From the NCBI RefSeq assembly GCF_036321535.1, contig NC_087436.1, positions 95,358,001-95,422,000 on the forward strand: a DNA stretch of 64,000 bases, written 5' to 3'. This DNA comes from Camelus dromedarius (lineage: Eukaryota). Positions within the stretch are counted from its first letter, which is position 1, and every line of letters begins with the position of its first letter. A program made the position numbers and the translations under genes. The notes beneath the pieces are model-generated. The model was given only the letters and a program-made list of their open reading frames with translations. It was not told the DNA's origin and made no database searches. Shown one piece after another: positions 11,481-23,869 of the stretch.

Positions 11481-13739
11481 TAAACATTTACCACATATCA
11501 GGCACTATTCTAAGCTCTTTGGTTGTCTATCTAGAAATCTACCTCTGTATCACAGGAAGGGACACCGAGGCACAGTTCCTGTGTGGTGGGTACATCTGGC
11601 TCCCAGGTTCTAGCTATTAATCACTCAGCTATATCATATCTTGGTGGGGAGGGAAGGATATCAAAAATCATACCTAACCGCCGTGCCAGGTGGTGCCCGA
11701 GCCGCTTGCCTGGGACACTGGGTTCTGTCTCATTAGAGAAGAAAGATTCACAAAAGAAGTGATTTTGTAGAGTTTTAAAGGTAAAAAGAGTCATCAGTCC
11801 AGGCAGATTCAGTGCATCAAGCAAAGCCCCCGCCAGAGGTGGGAGAGCAGGCCTGGGTAACTGAGCTGCATGAGGGCGCAGACAGAGGCCAGGCAGGAGG
11901 TGAGGCGTGGCCGCTGAGACTTGGAGCTTGGATCTGATACCCCAGGAAAGTAGACTGCCGTGGGCGGGCTAGGGAGGCAGGTGATAAGGTCGAAGTCCTG
12001 TTTGACCAATATGATGGGGAATGAATCGGCATTCTTACAGGAGTCCTGCTGAACTTCATTCATTGCTTTCACAATAGAAGAAAGTCGATTTTGTAACACA
12101 GGTGTCCCTATAATACTGGCCTGACTGTTTACTTCTGCTCCAGTCCCTGAGCCTATGAGCAAATACTTCAGGCACTACAACGAGCAGAAACTTGAGACAG
12201 AGCTTATCTGGTAATGCTGGGTTTTGCATCATATCCAGGGTGTGGTGTTACTTTAGAAGGCAAGTTCAATAATTACGTGTTTACGGATTGAGCAAACAGT
12301 GCATGTGCCCTGAGAGGGCTCAGGATTTATACTTTGAGAGCCCAGCGAACTAACTTATTCAACTAATCAGCAGGCTCTGTACCTGGATGTAGCAAATGGT
12401 CGCAATATATTCAACATATACATATGTGAATGTGTGTGTGTTTATTTATATTGAATATTCACGTAGCACCTTGCGTTTAACTACTTATTCACAAAATAGC
12501 CCAGGGAAGCTTGAAGACGTTAAGTGAATCAACTAAAGCTAATTCAGGCAAGCCCAGGTCACTGACCCACCCTGTGTGTCCTCTCTTTGTTACATGTAAC
12601 CTATTAAATAAAGCCTTTTGTGTTTTTGATGTAACCTAACAATGTAATGAAGTGACAAAATGAGTATAAAAAGCATTAAGGTCACCTAAACTTCCTTTGT
12701 TAGAAAATAAGAATGCCTATTAAACTATTACATTCTTTATTTTCTTGCTCCATTATTATTTATCTCTGTAGGAGAGAGATTGGAACCATATTTATTACTC
12801 TGGTCTTAACAGGGCTTGTCAGCCACTGTCATACAGTAAGTGTTTATAAGCATTGGCAATAATGAATGGGAGCCCACACCCCTGCTTGATGTCTGCTTCC
12901 CTGCTTTATTGCCCTTAGATAATTTCTTCCATTTCTATTTTTGCATTTTCAAGGACAACACAAGGCTGGACAGTTACGTGATTCAGGACTTTTAAACACA
13001 TTTGAAATATGGCAATTACTTGCTATTCTTGATAACAAACCTAAAGGCAAGCTTGCAAGCGCTGACTTGTCCTCTCCCTCCTCATTCCAGCTACTACAGA
13101 CTGAAGAAATTATCTGCTTAGTTGGGCTGCATGTCACTGCTGTCTGTAGAAGTGGCTTTCAGATGCAGGTGTTGGTTTTGGGAGCCCCCTTGGCTGTGAT
13201 TTTACATGTCTCGTTTTCATTGCTACACTAACTTCGAGGACCAGGCAGCATCCTTGGCTTCCTTGGGGGCGTGGGAAGGGGCACACCTTGGATTGTTCTA
13301 CTCCCTTTGAGGTCAGTGACATCTGAGTCTGGCCCTTCTTTGCTCTGGTCATTCAGACGTTCTGGACTTAAGTTTCTGCAGCTTTTGGAATGGTGATCAA
13401 ATGTCCACACAGCGACTTTTGGTGCACTTAGAGCTATGCTAGGGGAAGCGTGAAATTACTTCCCAAAGGATGTGGGTCCTGCCCCCTCAGGAACCAGAAA
13501 AGGGAAGATCATGGTTGGACCAGTAACCCAGCCTCACTGGGTGTCAGTTTCCTCATTTGTAAAGTGTGAGGGTTACATGAGAGTGCCTCTAACATCCTTT
13601 TCTGCTCAAATATTCTATGAGCCAAAGAAAGCTGAGAACACATCTAAATTGAGAATTCTGAAATTTTAAGAATTTTCTGGGAAACTGAGATGGTGACACC
13701 AGCCAATAGGACTGAGATAGAGTTTGCCGTCAAATGGAA

Positions 13740-13880
13740 TCAAGGATAAACCTGGTTCTGCCAGTTCCTTGCTCTGTAACCTTCAGTAAGTGACTTCTCT
13801 TTGAAACTTGTGTCTTATCTTTAAAATGGAAATACTACTATCTACCTAGCAGAGCTGTTGTATGGATTTAATACACATCC
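13740..13880 (+). mobile_element. MIR SINE
   Basis: 'cctggttctgccagttccttgctctgtaaccttcagtaagtgactt...tttaaaatggaaatactactatctacct'. Confidence 0.7.
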
Positions 13881-15109
13881 ATGGTGTATTTTTAGTGCTA
13901 CAGGCATAGCTCTGTAAATGGTGTCACTCTATAAACGGTGAAAGTTGCTCTGATGACGGTAATCTTAGGAATATATGGTTTTAGAAATAGTTAAAGGTTT
14001 GGAAAAGATTAGATCTAAGGAAGATAGCATATGAAGTCTTTGAAATTGCAGTAGGACTAAGACAGATTTTGAGGATAGAGTAGCTACTGAAAAAAATGAT
14101 GCCACGGTGATAAGAAATTGAGGTGAAGAGCACTTATGGGCAAGATTGTTTACTGAGTTACTTCTAGCACTTGCTATAGGTGTGGACACTTTTGATGAGA
14201 CAATATCCTTGTGATCAGTATCGTCCTGCGCCTTGTCCAGCATGTTACCTTCCAGACACAGAGTCATTCTTTATATTCAACGATGGCAGTCCGTTGATGA
14301 CTTATTGTTACTCTTGTGTCTGAAAAGACCAACTCAGGGTCAGCAGTTCTTTCTCAAAACCCCAAATGGTGATTGGTTTTATTCTGAAGCTACTATCAAT
14401 GCATATCATGCCTGTCACTTTTATTGTTTCTGCCAACATCTGGATTCTTGGCAATTTCACCTTCCTTTAGATCTTCTTCACCTTGGCTCCTCTGGTCTCA
14501 GGGGATTTTTGAAGCCCTTGAACTTCTTTGCAGAATTGCATGTGTATGAGCATATATGCATTTGTGGGGAGACCTGGCCGGAATAGAGGGATCGGACTCA
14601 AAAAAGTCAAAAACTGTGGCTGAAAATGTCTTGGACGAGGAAAGAATTGAAATAACTTCACAAAATGAAAAAAATGATCTAACAAACACGGAGAGGTCCC
14701 AGCATACCTGTTTGCTTCTGCAGCTTTAACATGTCCATGTCTTCTCCTTTCCTCTAACGAACATGCAGTGGGTGAGTCTCCTTGGCAAGGTTTTCAGTTT
14801 CAGAGCAGCTCTTTATGGCATGACCCGGTGTCTGGCTGAATGGCCTGGAGGATTTCTGATGAGTGGATGTGGAGACTTTGCACTCTCTTCATTGTCCCTA
14901 GAAAGAGCATGAAGTTTTTTATTATTTTTTAGGAAACCTAAAGTGTTAGAGACTACTTTCCAGGGAAGGAATGAAAACTGATTTTGATTACAGTAACCTA
15001 AAAGGGTGAAGTAAAAGTGGCAGGATAAGATTTTTAAAGGAAAAGTGCTTGTTACCCAGATTTCATTTGCAGAGAGAATCAGTCCTTTGTGCCTGGCTTG
15101 GCCTCCAGG

Positions 15110-15190
15110 CCAGCAGGGCCACAGGGCCACGCCCCAGGGCGGGTCTGGGATAGTACAGCTTCCTCCTCCTCTCTCTCTGTATTTGTCTCC

Positions 15191-15236
<46 letters not shown>

Positions 15237-15252
15237 CGCTCTCTCTCTCTCG

Positions 15253-15298
<46 letters not shown>

Positions 15299-15308
15299 TC
15301 TTTAAAAG
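15110..15308 (+). promoter_or_regulatory. Candidate promoter and first exon
   Basis: Overlapping Sp/KLF boxes 'ggccacgccccagggcggg', then a pyrimidine tract and (CT)n(CA)n, ending at a donor AAG|GTACGA after 15308. Confidence 0.35.
15193..15296. repeat. Compound (CT)n-(CA)n microsatellite
   Basis: Directly visible; the CT run is interrupted by cg. Confidence 0.97.
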
Positions 15309-15759
15309 GTACGATCTTTTTTGTGTCACCAGTGTTAGGATTTGGAACACCTTAGAGAGACGCTGATCACCACAAATCTAGACTGGGAAAGGAAGTGAAT
15401 TTTCTTTGAACCTGTTTTGAAAATACAGAACTTCTCTTTTAAGAAGTAGGAGGAAATAAATAACTAGATAGAATTTGTTGGGCCTCTGAAACTCCAAAGC
15501 AGCTGGTAAGCTTTCTGAGAGAGTGAAAAGCCCTAAGTTCGTCATTCACCAAATTACTACATCGATGCAATGATTCTATTAGATGCTGGACATAGAATTT
15601 GCTCTCTAGAAGTTTACTTTCTAGTCAGGGAAACAGACCACACATACGTGGAGCAGCTAAGGAGAATAAAGTGCAGCAGACTTCAGAGAAGGGAGAGCTT
15701 ACGCGGGCTGGAGGAAGACGTCAGATCAGCAACAGACACATATTGATGTGCTTCAGTGA

Positions 15760-16070
15760 GGGAACGGGTAAATAAAAGTGGTGATTTCAAATGATGGAGT
15801 ATAATCAGCAGCCACAATTATTGAAATAAATCTATATGAAGCCACACGGATAGGTCTCAAAATATTCTTGAGTGAATAAAGCAATTCTTAGGGTGTGTAA
15901 AATGTTATACCACATATGGAAGAAAAACACATAAAATAACATCACTTATTCTTTGTGTGTGTGTGTGTGTCTCTTTTAAAATCTAGAAGGTAATATTTTG
16001 AATCATAATCATGGTTACTTTTTTGAGGATGGAGAGATCAGGATGAGGATGCCGGTCAAAGATCTATCTG
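15760..16070 (+). mobile_element. Old L1 (L1ME-like) 3' UTR fragment
   Basis: 'cacacggataggtctcaaaatattcttgagtgaataaagcaa...tgttataccacatatg' resembles ancient L1 3' UTRs. Confidence 0.55.
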
Positions 16071-17433
16071 GTTTCATCTGTTTTGTGCTGGTTTCACATT
16101 TGGTGATTGACTCTGGTGACCGGGAAGTCTAGAGGCTCAGATTTTTTCTGCAAAAAGCAGCTGAGGGTTTTGTAAATATCTTGCCTTCTTCTAACACACC
16201 ACATGACTTCCTGGTAGCCAGGGCCTCTCAGAGGTCCCAAGAGTTGGGTCTCTTCCATTTTTTGAGGCTTCCAGCACAGTAATAAATGAAGAAATGCCAA
16301 AAGAATGTTACAACCAGCACAGCACATTTTAAATGTTTATGTTTAGCCATTAAAGTTGTGCGATGAGTCCTTTCTTGTCAATCTGGTCGGGGTATCTCTG
16401 TGATGCCATCAAAAGCCTATATTTTAGGTCCTGAGCCAGTGGTCCTCCCACTACAGTCCTGCAAGTGGCCCCAGGGAACCAGAAGAAGGCCCTGGGTGAA
16501 GCAGGCTGATGGACTGTTAGCTGAGGGCCCTGTGAAGGCAAGTTCTAGTGCCTCAGTCCTTCGCCAGGGTCTGAGTTTCCCCCAGGCCTGGCATTTGCAT
16601 CTATAGCCTCTTGCCTGCAAAATGGGTTGAGTTTCAGCTGTTTGCATGTGTTCTAGAACATCAAATGGAGGAAAGTTTACCTTTCCAGCCATTCGCCCCC
16701 TTTTTCTATTCAGGGCTTTCAAGGTCAAACAGACTCTCAGTACACACTGTATGCCGGCCCAGCCCAACCCTGGCTTCCCCCTGGGTCCAAAGAGAACTGG
16801 GACCAAATGTATTGTTACAGTTTCATAGATTGCAAAATGTCCAACCATTTCATTTTTTTAAGTAGGGAATGCTCATCCTAAGAAAAAGTTGAAAAGGGCC
16901 ATAAAATATTAAAATGTGCATCTATTTCACTTTATAGAAGGGAAATGGATTTTATCTTAAAGTCTTAACTTTTGTGTGTGGTGAAATTCTGATAAATAGC
17001 TGGAGATGTTAATAGCCTTAGCCAATTACAAGCACACTTTTGAAACGTTTTGAAGAGGCTCATCCCTCCAGTCACCCTCTTTTTAATATTATATCGAGAG
17101 GTGATGTATAATCCAAAGCGTTCTCATTATGATAGTACTACTAATCATTTGAAAGAATACATCCATCTAAACAAATAATACACTCCAAAGAGAACCAAAT
17201 GCTAATGCACATTTTATTGGATGACAAGACAAACAATATAATTATACTTGAATTTCAGGGAATCAAATGTAGTAAAAGAAAGTTTACATCTGCGCCCAGG
17301 GCTGAGTTTAGAAGTTAGCCATACATGCATTCATTTTTCCAAGTTTGGAAAGTTGGCTCAGTCGAGCTGAGGGCTACTTCACCAGACTAACAAAAAGGAA
17401 AATGTCTATCAGTTTTTCTTTTGTTCTTTTCAG

Positions 17434-17509
17434 ATCCTGTTCAAGTGCACACAGAGCCAGCAGGTTCACCAGAAAGCTATTGAGCATTTGCTGGAACACA
17501 TTACGCCGG
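17434..17509 (+). other. Candidate 76-nt internal exon (5' UTR or lncRNA)
   Basis: Branch-point-like ACTAAC (17386-17391), a long polypyrimidine tract 'tttttcttttgttcttttcag' and a donor CGG|GTAAAT. No ATG inside; non-repetitive sequence. Confidence 0.45.
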
Positions 17510-18269
17510 GTAAATTTCTTCTGGAATGTTGCCAAGGGTTTTTTATGCTTCTGTGGTAGGCATTTCTTGAACACTGTCATTTGGCCAAGCGAAGAGCATT
17601 TGCTTAAAGGATAGAAAATGTTTAAAAAATTCTTGTTTGTTTAAAAGCAGGTTAAGTAGCAATATGATCTTAGGGTAGGGCCACGGAAAGCACTTACTTC
17701 TCTAAGTGATCTGATTAGATTATTTAATTTGGTGGTGGTGGTGGTTAAACAGATTCATAGTTTCTCCTAAAATAATTATATATTAATACTATCTTCTAGA
17801 AAGTATCTTCCAGGGCCTACCTTTCTTTGATGTGATTAGCTGCTTTTTTTTTTTAAACTGAAATTTCACTTTAGAGATGTCTCACGTGTTTGTGTCTATA
17901 GGAGCTACTAGTAGTAGCTAGAAAAATTGGAGGTGCAGAGAACATGCTAAAAGAGGTTTTCTTTTTTTCACTTGTAATTCCAAAACTTGGTCATAAAATG
18001 TAAAACAAGAAGTGAAAATATCCTTAAATTAGAGAAGACAATAGTTTTAAAGTATTGCAAATTTCAGTATAAATTCCAAGTTCAAATTCTGACCCATAGG
18101 AAAATACAATACATAAACATCTCCCCAGAAATTATTCTCTAAAATCTGATCCCAAACCACTTTAACAAGGTTTCATCAATACCAAAGTTCGCATCATATT
18201 CTCTCAAATACCCAGTGATATACAAGAGCTCTCTCTAAATGTGGCAAAGGAAAAATCCTAAATAAGAAT

Positions 18270-18450
18270 TTGAATTTTGTCTCTGCCATTCACTAGCTGT
18301 GTGGTCTTGGGTAAGTTACATATCTTCTCTGGGCTTCAGTGTCCTCATCTGTAAGATAGAAATAATAATACCTATTCCACGGGGCTGCTGTGAGGATCAG
18401 AGATGTTTGTAAGGCATCTCACAGTGCCTAACATATTGTAAAGGCTTAAA
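18270..18450 (+). mobile_element. MIR SINE
   Basis: Well-preserved core 'cactagctgtgtggtcttgggtaagttaca...cagtgtcctcatctgtaagatagaaataataatacct'. Confidence 0.9.
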
Positions 18451-19224
18451 AAATTTTCCTCTCTCATCATCCCCAATCCATTCCATCAGTATAAGTCAAC
18501 CTGGAGGTTAAAATAGGCAGAAATGTGATGTAAGTTAGAATTGTGTTGTTTAAGTGTTAGGCTATCCCTTGCTGCTTCACTTTATACTTGAACTTTAAGT
18601 ATACAAGTTTCTATAAACATTCTTTAAACAAAGCTAATCTGTTTTTATTTTGATGAAGATAGGACTGATACTGACTTAATGCTTGCAGGACTAAATGACA
18701 GGCAGGAGAATTTTGTTTCCATAGGGCTGAAAATGTTCATGAAAATGTTGAAAATGTTCTCAGTGAAAAGTAAAATATGGTGCTACCTTCTCCTACTCAG
18801 TATTTAAATTGACTCATAAGAAAAAATACAGCAATTCTTCTAAGTCCTATGGAATTTGTTGCCTCCCGCTCATATTCAAGTTCGGACGATAATCATAAAC
18901 TTGGCTCTTTTCAATTGAGTTTTGCTATGTGCTTGGCACGTTCCCACACCTGCAGTTCACAGAGTTCAGCCCAGAGAGCTCTGTAATTCTGGGCCACTCA
19001 GGTACCTGGGAGCTCAGGCTGAGGGCTTTCACGCCACAGTTTCTCGGCCAGTTTGGACACTGCAAACATTTGGGCGTTCCAGTTTCTGCAGTTTTGTTTT
19101 GGTTCTTTAAAAACAGCTCTTCCCGTACCCCGGACACCTCACCATTTCTCCAAGGCACTCATTGTGAGATGGGCAGGCTGGTGTCCAGTATTTGCATTCC
19201 AGACTGAAACGAACCAAATCTAGA

Positions 19225-19290
19225 CTCTCTCTCTCTCTCTTTCTTTTCTTCTTTCTTTCTTTCTTTCTTTCTTTTTTTTTTTTTTTTTTT
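19225..19290. repeat. (CT)n(CTTT)n(T)n polypyrimidine repeat
   Basis: Directly visible. Confidence 0.95.
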
Positions 19291-20339
19291 GGTGCCATGG
19301 CAAACAAAAGAGGATATGAGATGTGTTTATTCTTTTGTAAAATGAGGAAGTATCAATTCCAGATGTTGAGTTTTCCTCATTTACTTAGAATTGTTGGTAT
19401 AAACCATTGCCCCAGTTTTCAATAGACATGTAGAAAGTACGAATTTGGTGGAGACGTTGGGGTGAGGAGGAAACGATGTGGGAAAACTATTTCTTTCTCA
19501 TTTGCCATGAGACATTTAGTTCCTGGAGAGAACACATATAATGGCAAATAAAATGTCTTGGTCTTTGGGGCCAGAATTTGTGTTGTGTGTGTGTTGTGTG
19601 TCTTGCAGCGGCTAGGTGTGGGCTGTGTATTCATGGCTCTCTTGGTGTTGGTTCCTGTGGTTCTTCCCCCTGCCCAGTTTGCAATTCCAAGGCAGAGTGA
19701 CTTGCTGATGGAACAGAATCTTTGGATAAAGAAAAATAGACATGTTAAATGAATTCGTAACAATTAACAATTTCTTTTACAAAAACCATTAAAAAAGAGA
19801 ATGTTAGGAAAGAGTGTGGGCAAACCTGCACCCTCTCTCAAATGGATTCTGGATTGAGGGGTGGAGTTGGAGGCCAACGTCGTATGATGTAAATGGGGAT
19901 TCTTAAATATTTTAAAATGTTTCTTGGGAGGGTAGTACTGAGAATCTATGCATCAATGGAAGACTTTTAACGTTATATGTTTTGGTTAAGGTTAACCATA
20001 AACATTTGGTGAGTTTACAGCCCAGGCATCAGCATTACTTCCTGTCTTCCCCCTCCGCACCACCACCTTCTCCCTCCCCTGCTCTTCTCACTTGCAATGG
20101 GCAGGAAATCTGTCTTCTTCAAGATGCTCATGATGTAGTAAAGTCAGCATCCAGGCAAAAAAATGCAGAGGGCTGTAGAGAAAGGGTATGTACCTGCCAC
20201 AAAAGGAATTCAGATGCATCAATCCAGAAAGGCTTCGTGGAGGAGGTGTCTTCCAGATGACGAAACAAACAGGAAGTGAGGAGGGAGTGGTGGTGATGGG
20301 ATCCTGTGGAACTAGTTCCGACAAGGGGGAAAAGCATAT

Positions 20340-21670
20340 GAACACTAATAACAGCGCCTTGCACCTGTTGAGAGTTTATTATGTGCAGCCATCTGCTAAC
20401 TCTTTTTCATGGGTTAGCTCATTGAATTCTCACATGAAACTTGTAGGGCAGATTTTCTCTCATTTTAATCAAGAGAAAATTGAGGCAGAGCAAGGTGATG
20501 CTACTTGCCCACAGTTGCATGGGGAGTGAGTGGGAGAGCTGGGATCTGAACCCCAGAACCCAGGCTCTTAACCTTTTCAGAAAGGATCTGCTGTTTGAGG
20601 AACACTGAGCGGCTTGGCCGAGTCAGAGTCCAGTCTGTTTCCTGCAGGTGTGGTGGGAGATTGTTTCACTTTTATCCAGGGAGTGATATGTTTCTTAGTG
20701 AAAATCTGGTCAGAATTTGGAAATGGACTTTTTTTGGGGGGGTGGGGGAGGTGAGGAGTGGGAGTATGTAGTAAAATTCCAATTTTTAAAAATTAATTTT
20801 TATTCCTTTGCTTATTTTTGTACAGAAGAAAAATTTCCCTAAAATTTCCTTAATTTTTCTTCTGGGCACGTGCGTTTGTGGAAGATAAACTGTAGATAGC
20901 CTGGATTGGGGAGGGGGTAATGGGGGTGTAAGGGAGTTGGGGTGGTATGCCTGGGGGCAAGAGAATGGTTAGGAGACCACCACCACCACCACCATCCCAG
21001 GTAGGAGATATTGGTGATGATGGTGAAGATGCTAGTTACTGTTTAACCGAGTGCTTACCGTGGGCCATCATATCCTTATTTAATCCCCACACTGGCCCCA
21101 TGAAATAGTCATACTCTCAATGTACAGATGAAGAGACTGAGGCTCTCAGAGGTTAAATAACTTGACTAATGTCACACTGCAGGTAAGAGGCAGAGCCAGG
21201 ATGTGGATAAGGGTCTGTCTGATTTCAGACTCTTAACTCTTAAGCTCTGACAGCACGTGACAGTAAGTGAGACAGGCTTACTTAGGTGTAGGGCTCTTGA
21301 GGTGCCATCCAAGTATGACGATGTCTGGGGAGAAAAACAGAAATGTATACATTTGGAAACGTGGAAGTTGACAGATGACAGAGTCCAAGGGAATGACTGT
21401 GTAGAGGAGAAAGTTGGTGAGGATGGTGTCCTGGGAACCACTCAGTGGAGGGAGATGAGACTGACCATGTGGGACCCTTAGAAGCAGAGGTGGGAAATGA
21501 AGTCCTTACCCCTGGACTCTGTGACTCATCCACTGGGTCACCGGGGACAAGCCCCTTACCTGGCATCTCAACCTCTGCATCTATAAAAATGAAGAAAACA
21601 ACCCATTTTCCCAGACAACTTCACAAGATGTTTTCTGGTCATCAGTGAGGTGCTGTACATAAACATGCCT
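20340..21670. mobile_element. Three MIR SINEs (about 20340-20575 -, 21030-21240 -, 21490-21670 +) with short L2 pieces
   Basis: MIR cores such as 'tacagatgaagagactgaggctctcagaggttaaataacttg' and 'ctcaacctctgcatctataaaaatgaag'. Confidence 0.75.
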
Positions 21671-23285
21671 TAAAAACTCCAGAGTCCTTTACAGTAGAAT
21701 GTGTATGGAGGCAAGAGGGGAGCAGTGGATGGTCTGAACCCTGCCAGTGGGCTGAGGATGCCAGGGGAACAGAGCTGAGCTTTTCAGTAGAACAAAGGGG
21801 AAGTTAGTGAGAAGCGCCTGTGGTCTGGGTTTGGATGGAAAGAAATAACTGGAAGAAATAACTCCTTAAGGAAGATTTAAAAGTGGCACAAGAGAGAGGA
21901 ATAGGGAGGGATAAACTCCGAAGAATGTAAGTGAAGAGGCTGGTGCCCCAGGAGGAGCCTGGTCTGGGTCTGTAAGTCAGGGGTTACTGCCCGACCTCTG
22001 AACCTAGCAGACTCCTTGCCCTTCAGCACATTGGCCTCTACGTCTGGGCCTCAGTCTTTGCCTCTGTAAGCATCATGCATCTGGTTCGCATAGATGGACC
22101 AAGCAGCCCCAGCGGGGAGTGACAGTGCCGCTACATCTTACCCCTCGTCCAGGGCTCTGGAACATTGTGTTGAGAAGGGCGGTGAGGCCAGGAGGACAGG
22201 TGTCGGGGTGGATGAGTGAAATCTGCTGGTGGTGTGTGGAGGGGCCGTGCTTCATCCAGGCCTCAGACCCAGGCCCGAAAAGACAGGACACGCACAACCC
22301 AGGACTGCGAAGGGTCTGAGGAAAGGTCTCTCTGGAATTCTGGGGAAAAATTAATCGCTCGTGAATGTCAGCCTTGTGGCCTTTCCCCTCTGGGGCAGGC
22401 CTGGGCCATCAGGAGAAGCCTCTGCTCTGTGAGGAGGCTGAAAGAGGGTGTGCTGGGAGTGGCAGATGCTTCTGAAAGATGGCTCCTGGGGTAAAGGGTT
22501 TTGAACAGGAAAGGGGATTCACAACAGGGCATACTTGAGAGGAACTGTTTAAGGCTTTAAGTCCTCGCCAAGGCGAGTAACATGAGACAGGACCTGTAAG
22601 TTACTTTGGACATACACACTGTGTAACCTGAAAATGCGCCCCCACCCCCGCCCCAGCAGCGTTGGTGTTTCTGAACTCCCAGTGTGTCCTCGTGAGGAGG
22701 ATGGAGTGGGGGAAGGGATTCTGCCGGGGACAGACAAAAGTAGGGGTGCACTGGCTTTGAAGAGTGAATTTCCTCCCTTTTTCTGCCTGGGGTGTAACCA
22801 GAGACCAGTGTCAACAAGGAATCTGGCTCTGGAAGCTTTTGTTTGCAGCTTTCCTTGGGGCAAGACTTGTTTTTTCAGAGGTCAATGAATTGTAAATTGT
22901 GTAATTTCAGGTTCCGCTGAAGCAGGGCAGGGAGAACTCTTGAGTGGGGTGGATGGTGTCACTCAGGCATCTAGGAAACTCTTGCTGTCTGTCTGAAAGA
23001 CCAGACCTGGCCGCGTGGAACTGTCCCATTCACAGGAGAGAAGAAAATATATGCAGATTCGGGTGTTTACATCTGGATTTGCTATAGCAAATGGATCTGT
23101 GTCAAATCTCCCAAATAAGGTAATATCCCAAATTCAGACCAGCAAAAACAAGAAAGCCAGTGATTCGGTCTGCCTGAGTACGTTTTTCTGGTTAAAACTA
23201 TTTGTTGTGGCCTGCGAAGGTATATACCCCGTGCTATGGGGAAGGGTGCCCAGCTGGGAGCTTTCAAAAGTCTTCATCATTTTTC

Positions 23286-23802
23286 TTTTTTTAAAAAATA
23301 ATTTTGTAACTTCTATTTTTGAATTTTTAATGTTTTTCCTTTTAATTTTTAAATTGGAGTGAGGTTGTTTATGTTAGTTTCAGGCGTACAGCATAGTGAT
23401 TTGACATTTCTATACATTACAAACTGACTGCCACTTAAGTCTAGCAACCATCTGTCACCATATGAAGTTATTATAATGTTATTGACTATATTCCCTGTGC
23501 TGGACATTACATCTCCGTGACTTATTTATTTTATGACTGGAAGTATGTATTTCTGGATCCCCTATTTTGCCATACCCTCTGCTCTGATGACCCTCAATTT
23601 CTCTGGATCTATGAGACTGTATCTGTTTTGTTTTGTTTGTTTCACTTTTTAGATTCCACATGTAAATGAAATCATACTGTATTTGTCTTTCTCTGTCTGA
23701 CTTATTTCACTCAGCACAATACCCTCTATGTTCATCCACATTGTCCCAAATGGCAAGATTTCATTCTTTTTTATGGCTGAGTAATATCCCATTGTGTATA
23801 CA
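23286..23802 (-). mobile_element. LINE-1 3' end (ORF2 tail and 3' UTR)
   Basis: 'ttttagattccacatgtaaatgaaatcatactgtatttgtctttctctgtctgacttatttcactcagc...tttttatggctgagtaatat'. Degenerate TSD gtcttcatcattttt / gtcttaagcattttt. Confidence 0.9.
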
Positions 23803-23869
23803 GGTCTTAAGCATTTTTAAATCTACATTTCTCCTCCTATACCCTAGGGTTAACAAAGGACCTGCTATC

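Noticed and set aside
13965..14750. Possible processed pseudogene suggested by clustered ORFs
   Set aside because: No recognisable protein similarity, poly(A) or TSD, and the frames are short and inconsistent.
15045..15355. ORFs with ER/SL/HT/CV dipeptide runs
   Set aside because: They are translations of the (CT)n(CA)n microsatellite.
19558..19752. Hydrophobic ORF resembling a signal or membrane peptide
   Set aside because: The hydrophobicity comes from a TG-rich low-complexity tract, and there is no supporting exon structure.
21030..21670. Inverted MIR pairs as dsRNA hairpins (also about 33080-33315 and 51900-52260)
   Set aside because: The copies are too diverged to pair stably, and this arrangement is common in MIR-rich DNA.
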